In this document: in pieces, positions 52,452 through 64,000 of the stretch
Layout: every line of letters starts with the position of its first letter
Numbering within the stretch: position 1 is the first letter of the stretch
Assembly (NCBI RefSeq): GCF_004010195.1
Contig: NC_057742.1
Coordinates: forward strand, 6,642,943 to 6,706,942
Reading direction: 5' to 3'
DNA: 64,000 nucleotides
Origin: Chiloscyllium plagiosum
Taxonomy: Eukaryota
The notes under the pieces: generated by a model
Database searches by the model: none
What the model saw: the letters and a program-made list of their open reading frames with translations, nothing else
What the model was told of the DNA's origin: nothing
Position numbers and translations under genes: made by a program

Positions 52452-53436
52452 TCTCTCTGAGGAGGTAGCAGTCCTCTGGGATTATGACGACTTTACACTA
52501 CGTGGGGTCACCCTCCCTCTGGGACAAATCAATCCACTGTTACACAGCTAAAACCTAGGTTGTGCAAAGGAAGTGTTATAGTTTTAGACTATAACTTCAT
52601 GAAACTTCTTTGTTTTAATGATCCCTTGCTGCTTTCAAACTAAACATAAACAAACAAAAAGTCACAAGACGCTACTCTAACCTATTCAAAGGTCATCAGC
52701 AACACTGACTTCTGATCCTGTCAGTTGCCTGTTGTTCTCTCCTTCACCAACCAAACATGGACCCAAGGCGGTCCACCTGATTCATTTGACCCTAGGGACA
52801 ATTCCGACATCAAAAGTGATTCATTCATCTTGACACAAGCTGAGGTAACGTAAGGTGAAATAAAACTGTTAAGTATTTCAGTTTTTTTCTTGGCTTGTAT
52901 GAAATTTAGACCAGGATACAATGAGAAACTGATCGCATTTCTAAAACATTGGAAAAGCTTGTCTAATGTGTGGCTGAACAGACAGACATCTCATAAAGGG
53001 GTGAAAGTGAGGAATGCAGATGCTGAAGATTAGAGTCAAGAGTGTGGTGCTGGAAACGCACAGCAGGTCAGGCAGCATCCGAGGAGCAGGAGAATCGATG
53101 GCTCGGGCGAAAGCCCTTCATCAAGGGGCCTCAAACAGAACTTTGTGACTCAAGGATGAATTATGCCCAACTAAGCTAGGCACAAATCTTTGGTTGCATT
53201 TTCTACATTACATCAGTGACAAGACTTCAGCGTACTGGTACGGTTGGGACTTGAATGAACACACAGCTTTCTGACACAGAGCCTGTCAGAATTACCACTG
53301 AGACCTGGCTATCCTTCCTCAACTTCACTCATCAGGAAGTCCATACAAAGTTTTGATTGGTACAAATTTGTGAAAACTGCAACATTTAATTGCAGCACAG
53401 ATGGAGCATTAGATCTTTATGGCTTGGTGATATGCC

Positions 53437-54320
53437 AAAGATTACCTCAGATTACAACAGGATCTGGACCAGATTGGCCAATGGGCTGAGAAGTGGCAGA
53501 TGGAGTTTAATTCAGATAAATACGAGGTGCTGCATTTTGGGAAAGCAAACCTTAGCAGGACTTATACACTTAATGGTAAGGTCCTAGGGAATGTTGCTAA
53601 ACAAACAGACCTTGGAGTGCAGGTTCATAGCTTCTTGAAAGTGGAGTTGCAGGTAGATAGGATAGTGAAGAAGGCGTTTGGTATGCTTTCCTTTATTGGT
53701 CAGGGTATTGAGTACAGGAGTTGGGAGGTCATGTTGCGGCTGTACAGGACATTGGTTAGGCCACTGTTGGAATATTGCGTGCAATTCTGGTCTCCTTCTT
53801 ATCGGAAAGATGTTGTGAAACTTGAAAGGGTTCAGAAAAGATTTACAAGGATGTTGCCAGGGTTGGAGGATCTGAGCTATCGGGAGCGGCTGAACAGGCT
53901 GGGGCTGTTTTCCCTGGAGCGTCAGAGGCTGAGGGGTGACCTTATAGAGGTTTACAAAATTATGAAGGGCATGGATAGGATAAATAGGCAAAGTCTTTTC
54001 CCTGGGGTTGGGGAGTCCAGAACTAGAGTGCATAGGTTTAGGGTGAGAGGGGAAAGATATAAAAGAGACCTAACGGGCAACCTTTTCACGCAGAGATGGT
54101 ACGTGTATGGAATGAGCTGCCAGAGGATGTGGTGGAGGCTGGTACAATTGCAACATTGAAGAGGCATTTGGATGGGTATATGAATAGGAAGGGTTTGGGG
54201 GGATGTGGGCCGGGTGCTGGCAGATGGGACTAGATTGGGTTGGGATATCTGGTCGGCATGGATGGGTTGGACCGAAGGGTCTGTTTCCATGCTGTACATC
54301 TCTATGACTCTGTGACTCTA
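53437..54320 (+). mobile_element. Young CR1 LINE 3' portion (219-aa open RT C-terminus)
   Basis: ORF 53500-54159; (CTATGACT) tail. Confidence 0.95.
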
Positions 54321-54676
54321 ATTACCATAGTTATTCCTTAACAAAGGAAAGCCATCTCATTTAACCAATACCAATCTTGCATGGACTTCCTGATGAATGA
54401 TCTAAGAGTAACGTACACGGTCAGAGTCTGTGTCAGAAAGCTACGTATTCAACCCCTCAGATATTAGCACTTAATCTAGGCTGGCACTCCAGTGTAATGC
54501 TGAGGGAGAGCTGCAGTGTCAGAGTTGCCATTATGCAAAGGAAACATTAAACTGAGAGATCCCATCCTCCCAAGGGATGTAATTGGCTCATGATCCTATT
54601 TCAATGGTGAACTGAGTTTATTTTCCCCCGTGTCACAGCCCAGTATTTATCCTTCAATCAACAAATCTAAGGTAGA

Positions 54677-56124
54677 CAAAGTTGAAAATCACACAACACC
54701 AGGTTATATTCCAACAGGTTTATTTGGAAGTACAAGCTTTCGGAGCACTGCTCCTTCATCAGGTAGCTGTGGAGCAGGATCATAAGACACAGAATTTATA
54801 ACAAATGACTACAGTTTCATGTAACTGAAATAATATATTGAACAAACCTAGACTGCTGTTAAGTCTTTCTTCTTTTAGAATAGGTTGCAGGTTTTGGTTC
54901 ATTAATATGTAAATCACATAATGTCTTTTAAGTCACATTCTCAAGATAACTTTGATTTTATAAAAAAAAGTGACATCCCAGCTCAAACATTGTATTAAAG
55001 GTATGAGGTTAGAGTCTGAATGTTTCCCAATCTTGAATCAGACTGGTTCTATTCCCAAAGTAGAAATTTATAAATGTTGCAGGGATTAACTGTCTGCAGA
55101 TTGTATATTTTTTGAGTAAAATAGAATGTGTCTGCAAATACAATTCTGCAAATGCAAATTCACCGCATAGACTTATATATATGCATGTGTGCATGAGAGA
55201 GAGAGTGCGAGTGTATGCATGTGAGTGAGTGCACATGATAGAGTGTGTTTGCATGTGTGTGTGCTTGATAGCATTCAGTACCCATGGGGATGGCCTCAAC
55301 TGGGATCTTGGGTTTCATGTCACACTACAGGTGACCCGACTACACTATACACTGTCACACAAAAGCACACATACACACTCACACACTCAAGCAGACCCTC
55401 TCTCATACACACACATATACACTGCCACACTCACACCCATGCACACACCCTCTCACAAGCTTATACTCCATCACACTCACACACACACTCTACCAAGCAT
55501 GCACATGCAAACACACGCTCTCTCACGTGCATTCACACTCAAAGCACACGCTCACACTCTGTCTCTCTCATGCACACACACACATAAAAGTTAATGGGGT
55601 AAACTTGCATTTGCAGAATTGTATTTGCAGACACATTCTATTTTGTTCAAAAAGCATACAATCTGCAGGCAGTCAATCTGTGTAACATATTACAAATTCC
55701 TACTCTGGAAGTAGAACCAGTCTGATTTAAGACTGGGATACAAACAGACTCTAACCTCACATCTTTAATACATTGTCTAAGCTGAGATGTCACTTTTTTT
55801 TTATAAAACTTTGTTTTCTCAAGAATGTGACTTAAAAGACGTTCTGTGATTTACCTATTAATAAACCAAAACCTGCAACCCATTCTAAAAGATGGAAGTC
55901 TTAACAGCAATCTAGGTTTGTTCAATATCGTTTCATTTGCATGATACTGTAATCTTTTGCTATAAATTCTGTGTCTTATGATCCTGCTCCACAGCTACAT
56001 GATGAAGGAGCAGCGCTCCGAAAGTTAGTACTTCCAAATAAACCTGTTGGACTATAACCTGGTGTTGTGTGATTTGATTTTTAACTTTGCCCACCCCAGT
56101 CCAACACCAGCACCTCCACATAAT
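54677..56124. mobile_element. 1.45-kb Penelope-derived fold-back element with about 500-bp inverted arms and 12-bp TSD, inserted in a Deu-domain SINE
   Basis: 54677-55175 is inverted at about 55590-56090; ATCTAAGGTAGA at 54665-54676 and 56125-56136; centre holds the ORF end (GLNWDLGF) and CA-rich repeats. Confidence 0.9.
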
Positions 56125-56856
56125 ATCTAAGGTAGATTATGTAGTCATTTACCACATGGTTAGTTGTTTTGGGGAGTTTGCTGTGACTAAATTGGCTGCC
56201 AGGCTTTCCTACATGAGTGATATGTCAAGTACTTGGGACTTCCTGAAGTCAAGTCAGTAAAATAATGAGTAAACCAGCAGAGGGCATCCAAGCACTCCAA
56301 GTAGCAATCGACTGTTGCAATTTTGATCACTCTGATATAGTACATAGGAGAGAGAACAATTAAGCAAGTGTAACAGCTAGAGCTCAGCATGTTCTGTTCT
56401 GCTCTTGCTGAGTATGTTTTAGGAATCCAGTGAAGATTAAAATCAGAATTACAGGTTCATACATCACATTCATGCTGTGAGTAATAATCCAGGCTGACGT
56501 TCGACTTATATGCCAGAACTCAACTCAAGAATGAAATCCTCTTGTTTGGTTCCAGTCCAGTGCAGATACTAGAATTTGCAGAGCATCTTTGGCCTGGGAA
56601 CTTGGGAATGTCAGACGTCAGGTTGCAGTGTCTGATCACCACCCGCCAACATCACTGTGCTTTTGGTTCCAGCCTCATGTGCATCCCTTTCCTCCCGTTG
56701 ACCCACTATGGAGAGGCTTTGCCTCTTGATGCTTGTTCCTCACTTTCTGAAATTCCACTTGCCTCTTAACATTGTTCTGGAGTCTCCAAAAATTAAAGAT
56801 TAATCTCCAGGATATGACTACATGCTCTGAGGTGCCTGTGACATATTATCCCAGGG

Positions 56857-58164
56857 ACTTGAAACGGTTAAAGGTGGATAAATCTCCAGGACCTGATCAG
56901 GTGTACCCGAGAACTCTGTGGGAAGCTAGAGAAGTGATTGCTGGGCCTCTTGCTGAGATATTTGTATCATCGAGAGTCACAGGTGTGGTGCCGGAAGACT
57001 GGAGGTTGGCAAACGTGGTGCCACTGTTTAAGAAGGGTGGTAAAGGCAAGCCAGGGAAGTATAGACCGGTGAGCCTGACCTCGGTGGTGGACAAGGTGTT
57101 GGTGGAAATCCTGAGGGACAGGATGTACATGTATTTGGAAAGGCAAGGACTGATTCGGGATAGTCAACATGGCTTTGTGCGTGGGAAATCATGTCTCACA
57201 AACTTGAAGAAGTAACAAAGAAGATTGATGAGGGCAGAGCAGTAGATGTGATGGACTTCAGTAAGACGTTTGACAAGGTTCCCCATGGGAGACTGATTAG
57301 CAACGCTAGATCTCACGCAATACAGGGAGAACTAGCCATTTGGATACAGAACTGGCTCAAAGGTAGAAGACAGAGGGTGGTGGTGGAGGGTTGTTTTTCA
57401 GACTGGAGGCCTGTGACCAGTGGAGTGCCACAAGGATCGGTGATGGCCCTCTACTTTTTGTCATTTACATAAATGACTTGGATGCNNNNNNNNNNNNNNN
57501 NNNNNNNNNNNNNNNNNNNNNNNNNNNNNNNNNNNNNNNNNNNNNNNNNNNNNNNNNNNNNNNNNNNNNNNNNNNNNNNNNNNNNNNNNNNNNNNNNNNN
57601 NNNNNNNNNNNNNNNNNNNNNNNNNNNNNNNNNNNNNNNNNNNNNNNNNNNNNNNNNNNNNNNNNNNNNNNNNNNNNNNNNNNNNNNNNNNNNNNNNNNN
57701 NNNNNNNNNNNNNNNNNNNNNNNNNNNNNNNNNNNNNNNNNNNNNNNNNNNNNNNNNNNNNNNNNNNNNNNNNNNNNNNNNNNNNNNNNNNNNNNNNGAG
57801 GTTTACAAAATTATGAGGGGCATGGATAGGATAAATAGACAAAGTCTTTTCCCTGGGGTCGGGGAGTCCAGAACTGGAGGGCATAGGTTTAGGGTGAGAG
57901 GGGAAAGATATAAAAGAGACCTAAGGGACAACGTTTTCACGCAGAGGGTGGTACGTGTATGGAATGAGCTGCCAGTGGATGTGGTGGAGGCTGGTACAAT
58001 TGCAACATTGAAGAGGCATTTGGATGGGTATATGAATAGGAAGGGTTTGGGGGGATGTGGGCCGGGTGCTGGCAGATGGGACTAGATTGGGTTGGGATAT
58101 CTGGTCGGCATGGATGGGTTGGACCGAAGGGTCTGTTTCCATGCTGTACATCTCTATGACTCTA
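56857..58164 (+). mobile_element. CR1 LINE (RT core; interrupted by a gap)
   Basis: KSPGPD..VPEDWRLANVVPLFKKG..YRPVSLTS..SQHGF..DFSK.FDKVPH..SGVPQGSV. Confidence 0.95.
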
Positions 58165-59959
58165 TTGTCTTGGCAGGGTCATCCAAATCTAATGGCAAGA
58201 AGGTCAGTTCTGCAACAGCATTACTTCCCAAACTAACCTGATCAGTGTGGAGGCTCTAATCTGCTCCACTGGGTAGGGATATGTGGTTGCCTGACTGATA
58301 CCAGATACCTGAAATTACTTCTGTATGCAGCGGGAGACTCCCAGGAGGCAATGGGAATGTTTTAGGGATACCCTCAAAGCTTTGCTGAAGAGGTCAAGCA
58401 TGCCCCATTAAGTCATGGGAGTGTTCTGGCCTGTTACCAACCCAAAATGGAAAAGGTTTATTCCAGAAGGTACCAAATTCATCAAGAGCCTTTATTGGGA
58501 ACAAACAGAAGTGAAATCGAGGAGTTGAAGCGTGCAGTAAAACCCACAAATGACCCAGCTACCTGGTTGTCCAAGCATCACCTGTCCCACATGTAGCAGA
58601 GACTGCTGATCGTGATTTAACTTACCAGACACACCAGAAACCCACCAAGGTGTTGCAGAATCAAATCTTCCTTGATCCCAAAGGGACAGCCTGAGAAAAA
58701 TATGAGATTTGGAAGATAACGAAAATTGAGACATTTGAGCAAAATTGTGTGTCTTTGTTTATTTCCTTCAAACACCAGATAATAAGTTAGAATCATTTTG
58801 AAGATCGAGAAAACAGCAAATGATTGGAGGTGGAACATCATGTGATGAAATCAATAAGAATGCATTTCAGCCAGAGTTGGTCGTTTTGTTCCTTCCCCTC
58901 CCTCACCTCCTTTTAAAGCACTCTTTAAAATCTTCTTACAAAGGTTTTAGGTCGCCTTCTCATTATCTTGGCTCTCTTTCTATTCTGTCCTCACTTTGCT
59001 TAAAGTGCTTTCTCCATGCTCAAAGTAATGTATAAATGCAAGGTGTTTTTGCTAAAACAGAAATCTGGTGTATGAATAAACAAGGTTTGTGTGTACCATT
59101 TTTTACTTACTGCAGAGAAGGTTATTTGGTAAATCAGAGAAACTCATTTCCATTGGCAATTGGGCAAGTGACCACATAATTAAGTTAATTGGCAAAACAA
59201 CCAGGAGAGAGACAAGGAAAGTCTTTAATCCATTGCCTGAAATGGTAGTGACAGCATGACTGCCAGTAACTTTCAAAGGGGAATTGATTAATGACTTCAA
59301 GGTTAAAAAAAAACTGCATGGCTATGGGTAAAGAACGGGAGAATGGGATTAATCGCATTCAAATTATCTCTCTTAGCGCTGTCACGGACATGATGGGTTG
59401 AATGGCCTCCTCTGTATGATTTCATAATTCCACTTTCCTCTGTCTAAGGCACTGCGTATGACACACAAGTAGACAGCTTGCAGTGTACTGCCCAAGTAAC
59501 CATACTTTGCGTATGAATACGTTTTAGCAAATTATTCAAATATGGGGACGTTGCAGCACGGATTTATTTTGTCCTCAACAGATGCTCACGTATTGCCTTT
59601 TGAAAGTGGTCAGTAACTAAGTAGCTACTAAGCAGTAATTTTAGCTGTCTTGGCAGCATTGTGGCTCTGCAGCAGCGCCCAGATTGATGAGTCAAAGATC
59701 AAGGGTTAAACTCCTTCGGCCAGTTTTTAGCATAAATGCCTTATCCTCGATAAATTCCAAATCAGAATGTGACAACCTGTTAAATTCCAGAAAACTGAGA
59801 CTGCAGAAGAGGAAAATTCAGCTTAACTTGAGAAGTTGAAGTGGTAAAGTTCACAACTGAAAACTTCATGGATTTCGTCCACACAGTTTGGTGCAGAGTT
59901 TTTAACATAAGGCCTAGCATGTTGAATTTAAACAGTTCACTAAAATTGTATTTGCTGTC

Positions 59960-60130
59960 ACCTGAGGTTCAATAGGTAGCACGATCACTTCAAAGTCAGA
60001 AAATGATAGGACCAAGAAGTTTGAATGCAACATCTAGGCTAAGACTGCAGTGACAGTACTGAGGTGGTGCTGCATTGGTCAGAGGTGCCTTCTTACATAC
60101 GAGACATTAAATTCAATCCATGTCTCCATT
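59960..60130 (+). mobile_element. Deu-domain SINE (SacSINE1/AmnSINE-like); related copies at about 7170-7330 and 54450-54665
   Basis: AGTACTGAGG..GTGCTGCATTG.TCAGAGGTGCC..GAGACATTAAA core. Confidence 0.5.
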
Positions 60131-60784
60131 TAGATTAGATTAGATTCCCTACACTATGGAAACAGGCCCTTCGGCCCAACCAGTCCACACTGACCCTCAG
60201 AAGAGTAACCCACCCAGATCCATTCCCCTACATTTACCCCTTCACCTAACACTATGGGCAATTTAGCATGGCCAATTCACCTAACCTGCACATCTTTGGA
60301 CTGTGGGAGGAAACCGGAGCATTCAGAGGAAACCCACGCAGACGCGGGGAAATAGCACCTGACACAGCCTCAGATTTCCCAGTTTCGTTCATGGCCAATA
60401 AAGGATTTTTCAATAGAGTCACTGCTGGGTCAAATGCCTGGAATTCCCCCTAAGTGCATGGGGGAATACAGCACCTGGACTGCAGAGGTTCAAGGCAGCT
60501 TGTCACCACCTTCGCAATGTCATTGAGATGAGCATTAAAATGCTGACTGGCCATGACACCCGCATCCCATGAATGAATAAAAAAATTACATGATTATGCT
60601 ATTTGTGGCAGCTTGCTGTGCAGTGAGATCATGGACTGAAATTTTTTTGAAGTGATTTTGTCTGAGAGACAAATATTGGTTCAGGATATGGGATGGGGAG
60701 GCTATGGGGTGGGTGATTCCTTTGCTCTTCCTTGGGTAGTGTCCTGGGATCTTTAACATTCACCAGATAGGGCAGATAGAGCCT

Positions 60785-61880
60785 CCCCTTCCTGGACCTC
60801 TCCATCTCCATTAATGACGACTTGACGCCGACATTTTTTACAAACCCACCGACTCCCACATCTACCTGGATTACACCTCTTCCCACCCTATCTCTTGCAA
60901 AAATGCCATCCCGTATTCCCAATTCCTCCGACTCCACCGTGTCTGCTCCCAGGAGGACCAGTTCCACCACAGAACACACCAGATGGCCTCCTTCTTTAGA
61001 GACTGCAATTTCCTTTCCCACATGGTTAAAGATGCCCTCCAACGTATCTCGTCCACATCCACAACTCCGCCCTCAGACCCTACCCCTCCAACCATAACAA
61101 GGGCAGAACACCCCTGGTGCTCACCTTCCACCCTACCAACCTTCGCATAAACCAAATCATCCGCCGACATTTCCGCCANNNNNNNNNNNNNNNNNNNNNN
61201 NNNNNNNNNNNNNNNNNNNNNNNNNNNNNNNNNNNNNNNNNNNNNNNNNNNNNNNNNNNNNNNNNNNNNNNNNNNNNNNNNNNNNNNNNNNNNNNNNNNN
61301 NNNNNNNNNNNNNNNNNNNNNNNNNNNNNNNNNNNNNNNNNNNNNNNNNNNNNNNNNNNNNNNNNNNNNNNNNNNNNNNNNNNNNNNNNNNNNNNNNNNN
61401 NNNNNNNNNNNNNNNNNNNNNNNNNNNNNNNNNNNNNNNNNNNNNNNNNNNNNNNNNNNNNNNNNNNNNNNNNNNNNNNNNNNNNNNNNNNNNNNNNNNN
61501 NNNNNNNNNNNNNNNNNNNNNNNNNNNNNNNNNNNNNNNNNNNNNNNNNNNNNNNNNNNNNNNNNNNNNNNNNNNNNNNNNNNNNNNNNNNNNNNNNNNT
61601 CTTCTTTTCCACCTATCCACTCCACCCTCTCCCCTGACCTATCACCTTTCATCCCCTCCTCCACTCACCGATTGTATTCTATGCTACTTTCTCCCCACCC
61701 CCACTCTCCTCTCATTTATCTCTCTACCCTTCAGGCACTCTGCTTGTAATCTTGATGAAGGGCTTTTGCCCGAAACGTCGATTTTACTGCTTCTCGGATG
61801 CTGCCTGAACTGCTGTGCTTTTCCAGCACCATCTAATCTAGACTCTGGTTTCCAGCATCTGCAGTCATTGTTTTTACCTA
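60785..61880 (+). mobile_element. Penelope-like element 3' part (interrupted by a gap)
   Basis: FLDL..KPTDSH.YLDY.SSHP..KNAIPYSQF..LVLTFHPTNLRI; terminal repeat with hammerhead-like core at 61748-61783. Confidence 0.87.
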
Positions 61881-62025
61881 GTCAATCTAGACTTTGGTTT
61901 AACATCTCAATCTATAGCATGCGCGCTCCACATTATTATACTCACTTATGGCAGCAATGAGAATATTAGCCCTGAAGACTACTGTCTTTGTTCAATGCTC
62001 TGGACTATGATTTTCAGTGTATCGA

Positions 62026-62897
62026 TATTATGGCTTGAAGAAGTGTACCCGGGTTCAATTCCCGCCTCAGGCGACTGACTGTGTGGAGTTTGCACGTTCT
62101 CCCCGTGTCTGCGTGGGTTTCCTCCGGGTGCTCCGGTTTCCTCCCACAGTCCAAAAATGTGCAGGGTCAGATGAATTGGCCATGCTAAATTGCCTGTAGT
62201 GTTAGGTAAGGGGTAAATGTAGACTTGTTGGGCCGAAGGGCCTGTTTCCACACTGTAATCTAATCTAATCTAATCTAATCTAAGTGTATTTTGTCCTGGC
62301 TTTTTTATGGAGATGTTGAGTGTGCTGAATGATCTGTCCCAAGCCAATTAACAGCTTATGAGGTCTTGGGCTTTTAAAACAAGTTGGAACAGTAGGAGCA
62401 GCCTGCATGGGTGGAGTCAGGCTCCCATAGAACCAGGGTTTTAATTTAGCTTTTAACAATTTTTGAAGCTGCCATACATTTCTCTCTGCTGTCGCAAAAT
62501 GTGTGAGTTCTCTCTCTCTCTGCCAGAATCTTTTCTTGATGTTTTTTCCTTCTGGACTGGAATAACATTGCATTTGAGACAATATATTTTACTGAATTTA
62601 CTTTTACCAAGGGGCTGTTTATAGAATGTTATTATATTGGAACAGCTGCTGTTTTGTAGTTAAATAATTAATTATTCTGTTAAGTTTTCCAATAGAGTTA
62701 CAGTTATATCAATTCTTCTTTCTCAGTACTTTAACTGTAGAGTAAGATTAAAGTATGCTTTGCTTAAAGCTGAGTAATGTAACCAATCAAATTACATCTC
62801 GAACACAGCACTTTATACTTGCCTTTAAATTAGAAAATGTTAGGATCTACACTATGTCCTTGATGTACTCGAAGGTGGTTTGGTCTGGTCCATAACA
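62026..62897 (+). mobile_element. Possible solo LTR with a nested SINE
   Basis: Ends GGTCTGGTCCATAACA; candidate start TATTATGG; no TSD seen. Confidence 0.3.
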
Positions 62898-63269
62898 GAA
62901 GCCAGGCCCTTTCAGACAATTGGAGTACAAGGATGGTGATGTGTGTGGGGCATCAAAACTGATTTATAAAATCTGGACCATATCCTCTGTTTCTGTGCTG
63001 TAGACTTGCTGTAATTTGGTTTCGTCTCTGGTATCAGTGTTGGCTTATCAATGGTGCCCTGTTAAATTTGACTGATGGGAGATTGGGGTTGCCAATTCCA
63101 ATTGCAGTCTGGTCAAAAAAAAAACTTTTTTTCCCTCCATCTCTATATTTGTGTCCCCACCAAGTGGTCTTTTCTCAACTCTCATTCTGAAGAGAACAAC
63201 CAAAATGCTAAAAAGACACCGACCATTGTCTTGCTACTCTTGGTTTAAAATGGTGACAACTTGTCCATC

Positions 63270-64000
63270 AAGATGAATTGAATTGAATTTATTGTCAACG
63301 TGTACCGAGACACAGTGAAAAGCTTTGTCTTGCGAGTGATACAGGCAGATCACAGAGTTAAATGGCATAGATAAGTAAATAATAGGTAAACAGCGGCAAA
63401 AACACAAACACAGGTACAGGCGAATGTTATGTGTTTGTGAGTCCATTCAGTATTCTAACAACAGTAGGGTAGAAACTGTTTTGAAACTGGCTGGTGCATG
63501 TGTTCAGGCTTCTGTACCTTCTCCCCGATGGTAGAGGTTGTAGAAAAGCATTGCCAGGGTGGGATGGATCTTTGAGAATGCTGGTGGCCTTTCCTTGACA
63601 GTGGGCCTGGTAGGTGGATTCTATAGATGGGAGATTGGCCTTTATGATTGTCTGGGCTGAGTTCACCACTCTCTGTAACCATCTCCAATCTTGAATGTAC
63701 AGTTGACAAACCAGGTAGTGATACATTCCAGACAGAACGCTCTCGATGGCGCACCTATAAAAGTTGGCAAGGGTTCTGGGCTGAGTTCACCACTCTCTGT
63801 AACCATCTCCAATCTTGAATGGTACAGTTGCCATACCAGGTAGTGATACATTCCAGACAGAACGCTCTCGATGGCGCACCTATAAAAGTTGGCAAGGGTA
63901 TTCACCATCATGCCAAATTTCCTCAGCTGCCTGAGGAAGAAGAGACATTATTGGGCCTTTGTAACCAGTGTGTCCGCATGAAGAGTCCAAGAAAGCTTGT
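63270..64000 (-). mobile_element. Rex1/Babar-like LINE 3' part with an internal tandem duplication of about 122 bp
   Basis: LANFYRCAIESVLSG..LQRVVNSA..DPSHPG..LPSGRRYRS..FQNSFYP; (ATTCA)n tail; 63654-63774 repeated at 63776-63897. Confidence 0.75.

Noticed and set aside
53500-54159. 219-aa ORF as a host gene
   Set aside because: C-terminus of CR1 reverse transcriptase, present in many decayed copies

Overview
Vertebrate genomic DNA, very likely from a shark or ray (inferred from HE1-type and Deu-domain SINEs, abundant CR1 LINEs and Penelope elements). There are six N gaps. Three spliced protein-coding genes lie on the minus strand in the same order as on human 17q12. RPL23 is complete (5 exons, 140 aa, 35486-42838, TOP promoter) and hosts two SNORA21 H/ACA snoRNAs. 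A C17orf98/SPMAP1 orthologue is complete (3 exons, 164 aa, 21712-31127). CWC25 is partial (7 visible coding exons, 3779-17316; exon 1 probably in a gap, last exon outside the window). Much of the rest is retroelement-derived. Most notable observations: (1) a dense population of Penelope-derived fold-back mini-elements with target-site duplications (TSDs) and minimal hammerhead ribozyme motifs; (2) a candidate structured poison exon in RPL23 intron 3; (3) a ~1.3 kb inverted duplication bracketing SPMAP1 exons 2-3 with an internal micro-inversion; (4) an 85-bp perfect duplication around a 35-bp retro-insert; (5) a 238-bp palindrome. Repeat boundaries are read by eye and are approximate; no database searches were run.
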